DNA of 64,000 bases, from the IMG/VR virus record IMGVR_UViG_3300031933_000215, positions 124,001 to 188,000 of that record; one strand, written 5' to 3'. A program made the position numbers and the translations under genes. Below the pieces are notes generated by a model. The model saw only the letters and a program-made list of their open reading frames with translations, did not search any database and was not told the origin of the DNA. This document shows positions 60,592 through 64,000 of the stretch, piece after piece. Each line of letters starts with the position of its first letter. The first letter of the stretch is position 1.

Positions 60592-61239
60592 ATGACCACC
60601 TATGAAACAAACCACGAAGCCAAGGCTTTGTTTGTGATTCTGATGGGGGCGATCCTGTTTGTCTTTGCCCAATTGCCGAACTCGATCGTCATTAACCATG
60701 CGTTCTTTGAACCGACCCCTGAGACTCAGGTGGTTGAGGTCGCCACTCCTAACGGGGTTAGCGGTAAGATCGTCCGCACCGTCCACGACGTACCCCCGGA
60801 AACCTGGCGGGACAACATTGCCATCGACCTACCGAAAGGTAACGATGTCATGACCGCCGATTGGAACGAAGTCGAATGCCTAGCGGTAAACATTTACCAT
60901 GAATCACGTAACCAATCCCAACTCGGGCAGGAGTTGGTAGCGCAGGTCGTGGTCAATCGGATGGAAAACCGACATTACCCCAACACCGCCTGCGAGGTCA
61001 TCCGTCAATCGTATCAGTTCAGCTGGACCCATGACGGTAAGAGTGACCAAGTTCGTGATCGGGTGGCGTATGAGAAGGCTTACACAACTGCAATAGAGTA
61101 TCTTCTATTGAAAAAAGTAGCTGATGTTGAAAACGCAAAACGTCTATTAAATTACCATGCCGACTACGTGAATCCAGGTTGGTATAATCTCACGGTCGCG
61201 GTAGTTGAGGGGGCGCATATTTTCTATACAAGGGGATAA
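60592..61239 (+). CDS. SleB-like cell wall hydrolase (Hydrolase_2) with N-terminal TM anchor
   Basis: CLAVNIYHESR, VAQVVVNR, YPNTACEVI.Q..QFSW, YHADYV.P.W, HIFY. Confidence 0.85.
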   Translation: MTTYETNHEAKALFVILMGAILFVFAQLPNSIVINHAFFEPTPETQVVEVATPNGVSGKIVRTVHDVPPETWRDNIAIDLPKGNDVMTADWNEVECLAVNIYHESRNQSQLGQELVAQVVVNRMENRHYPNTACEVIRQSYQFSWTHDGKSDQVRDRVAYEKAYTTAIEYLLLKKVADVENAKRLLNYHADYVNPGWYNLTVAVVEGAHIFYTRG

Positions 61240-61244
61240 GTAAA

Positions 61245-61898
61245 ATGGGTAGTGCTCTTGACTTAACAGGTAAGACCTTTGGCAGACTTACCGTTGTTCG
61301 TTTAGAACCTAAAGAAAAAGGTAGACGGCGCTGGCGCTGTCTATGTTCTTGTGGCAATGAGGTAACTGTGATCAGTTATCAACTTACGGGCAATAAAACA
61401 AAAAGTTGCGGGTGCTACCACAAAGAACGTGTTTCCAAAATGTTTCGTAAGCATGGTAAAAGCAATAACCCTACTTACAAAAGCTGGCAGGCAATGAAGA
61501 ATCGTTGTGGAAATCCAAAAGCCAGTGATTACCCATACTACGGGGGTCGTGGAATAAAATACGACCCCCGTTGGGAGGACTTCGAAGCTTTCTTAAGCGA
61601 TATGGGTGAGAAACCGACACCAAAACACACCATCGAAAGGATTAACAATGATGGGGATTACACAAAACAGAATTGTTATTGGGCAACTCGTTTAGAGCAG
61701 GCTCAAAATCAAACCCATAGTGCCAGGATTGAATACCGTGGTGTGGAACACACGTTTATGGAACTCTCCAGACGTACTGGGGTTAAAGAGTCTATGCTTA
61801 GATATCGGATTCGCGTCATGGGTATGAGCCCTGAGGAAGCAGTGGAAACACCAAATCGATACTCTAACAAACCCGATCCGCACTACACTTCGCTGTAA
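61245..61898 (+). mobile_element. Free-standing HNH homing endonuclease gene
   Basis: DLTGK.FGRLTV, W.C.C.CG, SCGC, SW..MK.RC, YGGRGI, TIERINNDGDY...NC.WAT..EQA.N; AT-rich relative to flanks. Confidence 0.85.
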
Positions 61899-61901
61899 GG
61901 T

Positions 61902-62258
61902 TAGGCCCGTGGTGAGCCCGAACTGGGCCAAGAACTCGTTGCTCAGGTCGTGGTCAACCGCATGAAGAAGAAATGGTGGCCTGAGACGGCCTGTGGCGTC
62001 GTCAGAGAGGCGTATCAGTTCAGCTGGACCCACGATGGCCGGTCAGACCAAGTCACCGATGAAGAGGCCTACAAGGAGGCGTACTTGATTGCGGTCGAGT
62101 ACCTACACCTCAAGAAGGTCGCCGAGTTGCCTTATGCCGAACAGATTGTCAACTACCATAATCACACTGTAGTACCCAATTGGGACAACATGCAGGCGGT
62201 TAGTACAGTAGGCAATCACCAGTTCTATCGACCCACGTACTACGTGACGTCGGCATAA
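61902..62258 (+). pseudogene. Orphan 3' half of a SleB-like hydrolase gene
   Basis: In frame from 61905: ARGEPELGQELVAQVVVNRM...ACGVVREAYQFSWTHDG.SDQV...HQFY, preceded by TAG where the catalytic Glu codon is expected. Confidence 0.8.
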
Positions 62259-62282
62259 ACAGAGGGGCGCGTGCCCCTCTGT
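62259..62282. terminator. Bidirectional terminator
   Basis: ACAGAGGGGC-GCGT-GCCCCTCTGT between convergent genes. Confidence 0.7.
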
Positions 62283-62301
62283 CACTCGGTCCTTTTCTTT
62301 T

Positions 62302-62811
62302 TTAATCACCCACGTCCTCATCCCCGGTAGGAGCCGGACGGACACCATTTTCCTTTTCCTTTTCCATGCGGGCCATGAACTCCTTGTAGGATTCATTGAC
62401 CACACCCACTTCGGTTTCACCTTCCACCAATTGATAATCGCCCAGCTTCTCCACATCCACACTGGGCGGCTGAAGTGACTCGGGTGCTGGTTGTTGGGGC
62501 ACAACGCCCCCATCGGTCGAACGCTGGAATGGGTTCTTGTTCTGCTGCATCTGAATGAACTCGCTCATGGCCTCGGCCACCTGTTTCGAGGTGTCGGCGT
62601 TGCCTTGGTCGATGTCGTTCTTCCGATCCATCAACACGGTCTTATCCATATCCCCCAGTGCCTTAAGGACAACGTTCAGTTCCTTGGGGTCACTGGGGAT
62701 ACTGCCCTCACCTACAAAGTGGTCGACGATGCGTTTTCGCACGCCTTGGCTGTAATTCAATGTCTCGCGATATTCCATGGTGGCATCGCCACCGTCTTTA
62801 TGTTCAGTCAT
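62302..62811 (-). CDS. Conserved phiKZ-like hypothetical protein
   Basis: L.YSQ..R..IV, LKAL.DMD motifs. Confidence 0.55.
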   Translation of the reverse strand: MTEHKDGGDATMEYRETLNYSQGVRKRIVDHFVGEGSIPSDPKELNVVLKALGDMDKTVLMDRKNDIDQGNADTSKQVAEAMSEFIQMQQNKNPFQRSTDGGVVPQQPAPESLQPPSVDVEKLGDYQLVEGETEVGVVNESYKEFMARMEKEKENGVRPAPTGDEDVGD

Positions 62812-62871
62812 GGGATTCTCCAGAGAAATTACGGGTTACTCAGACTCTATAGTACTGAAGCCGACTTTAGA

Positions 62872-62892
62872 CCTATATCATCAGTTTGGTAT
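62872..62892 (+). promoter_or_regulatory. Candidate early-type phage promoter
   Basis: CCTATATCATCAGTTTGGTAT in divergent intergenic region; resembles 60293-60315. Confidence 0.4.
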
Positions 62893-62950
62893 GACCAAAC
62901 CTAATAACGATGCGGTCTCGGAGACTTTTGTAAAACCATAGGGGACCTAC

Positions 62951-63451
62951 ATGTTCATACGCGCTTGGCGACTGCGCCGATACCGTCGTCTATTGGAAAA
63001 CTCATCCTTGGTGGTCACCGACAGTGAGACCATCACCAGCGAACTTGAGAAACTGTGGAGGTGCTTAAAACCAGAAGATCTTTTTCCCATTACCACCGAA
63101 TACCGCACGCAGCAACACGTGGCTGTGTGTTATCCCAACCTACCTGCCCTCGTGGCGGCGTTGAAAAACCAAAACCAACTGATCGCGGACGAAGCGGATG
63201 CGCAGTTGGAAAGAAGATTGGGACAGGACGGACGCGACACCAAGGTGGTCAGCTTGGACTTCTATTTGGCGGACGATCAACATCTCCCCATTGACGAGGT
63301 TCAGCTGTTCAACCGGTTACGCGGTTTGATCCAAGCCCATCACTGTCTGGTGACTCGGCACACCGGACATTTCTATGAAAGACACAGCGAGATGATCTAC
63401 AAGGATCTGGTCACTCTCATCCATGTGTTGATCAACTCAATCCAGTCATAA
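62951..63451 (+). CDS. Hypothetical protein
   Basis: 166-aa ORF, AGGGGA RBS. Confidence 0.55.
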   Translation: MFIRAWRLRRYRRLLENSSLVVTDSETITSELEKLWRCLKPEDLFPITTEYRTQQHVAVCYPNLPALVAALKNQNQLIADEADAQLERRLGQDGRDTKVVSLDFYLADDQHLPIDEVQLFNRLRGLIQAHHCLVTRHTGHFYERHSEMIYKDLVTLIHVLINSIQS

Positions 63452-63570
63452 CAGAGGTCAAACGATGACATAATGATTCCTATTGCGACTGTATAAAGGC
63501 GTCAGTCGCACGTCGTTTGTGTTTTCACAAACCGGGTCAGTCTGGCCCAGCACCGTAGGGTGATAATAAA

Positions 63571-64000
63571 ATGAATCAAGATGTAAAAGATCTGCTCGCC
63601 GATCCCTTAAAAGGAACGAACCGAGCGCAGGGCATACTGTGTTACCTGTTCCGCAACACCCTGTTGTGGCGCAAGGTCAACCAGTTTACGTGGAACAAGA
63701 GGGCAAAGTTATTCTTTGAAAAACCTCACAACAAAAAGAAGGCCGACAAAGGCAACTTGAACAAGGCATTAACCCACGACGATTTCACGTGGGCCACGTT
63801 CAAGAAAGGGGTCGATTTTCTCAACCCTGTGTCGGCAACACTGACCATACAACTGACGTGGAAAAGCGGTCGGGTCTCGCGTTACCCGATTAAGATTGAT
63901 CCCGCTGAAGACGAAGCCGATCCCGAACTGAATACGTTTGGGCCTGAGGAAAGCAACGTGTTCAGCGACATGAAAAAGCCAGCCAACACACTGGCCCGCC
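63571..64000 (+). CDS. Hypothetical protein, truncated by the window end
   Basis: Open frame from ATG 63571 (MNQDVKDLLADP...GILCYLFR...KGNLNKAL...TWATFKKG) with no stop before 64000; not in supplied track. Confidence 0.65.
   Translation, partial: MNQDVKDLLADPLKGTNRAQGILCYLFRNTLLWRKVNQFTWNKRAKLFFEKPHNKKKADKGNLNKALTHDDFTWATFKKGVDFLNPVSATLTIQLTWKSGRVSRYPIKIDPAEDEADPELNTFGPEESNVFSDMKKPANTLAR

Noticed and set aside
60901-61904. Group I intron containing the HNH gene
   Set aside because: No non-coding space for a ribozyme core (gaps of 5 and 3 nt), and the upstream gene is already complete

Overview
This 64 kb window looks like part of a phiKZ-like jumbo myovirus genome (standard genetic code, dense genes, no tRNA, rRNA or CRISPR seen). 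Homology calls are from motif recognition only; no searches were run. 1-24 kb: paralogous virion/tail proteins, glycine-rich and collagen-like fibre proteins, a modular endolysin, an overlapping spanin-like pair and RuvC. 36-64 kb: a core block with virion proteins, dUTPase, SbcC-like ATPase, spike plus PAAR, inner-head proteins, RNase H, UvsX/RecA, a virion RNA polymerase beta fragment and a SleB-like hydrolase. Between the two blocks (about 24.5-36.0 kb, minus strand) is the most striking element: a tightly coupled cluster of five radical SAM enzymes with Cys-rich SPASM-like tails, a 2OG-Fe(II) oxygenase plus a pseudogenised paralog, three tandem paralogs of unknown function, and a 180-aa protein ending in CHSN-CHSN-CHGSRSRR. 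This is a candidate phage-encoded RiPP-like or virion-protein modification system. A second notable feature is an HNH endonuclease that appears to have arrived with a replacement 3' half of its target gene, leaving the original 3' half orphaned downstream, starting exactly at the catalytic E-A-R-G-E motif.
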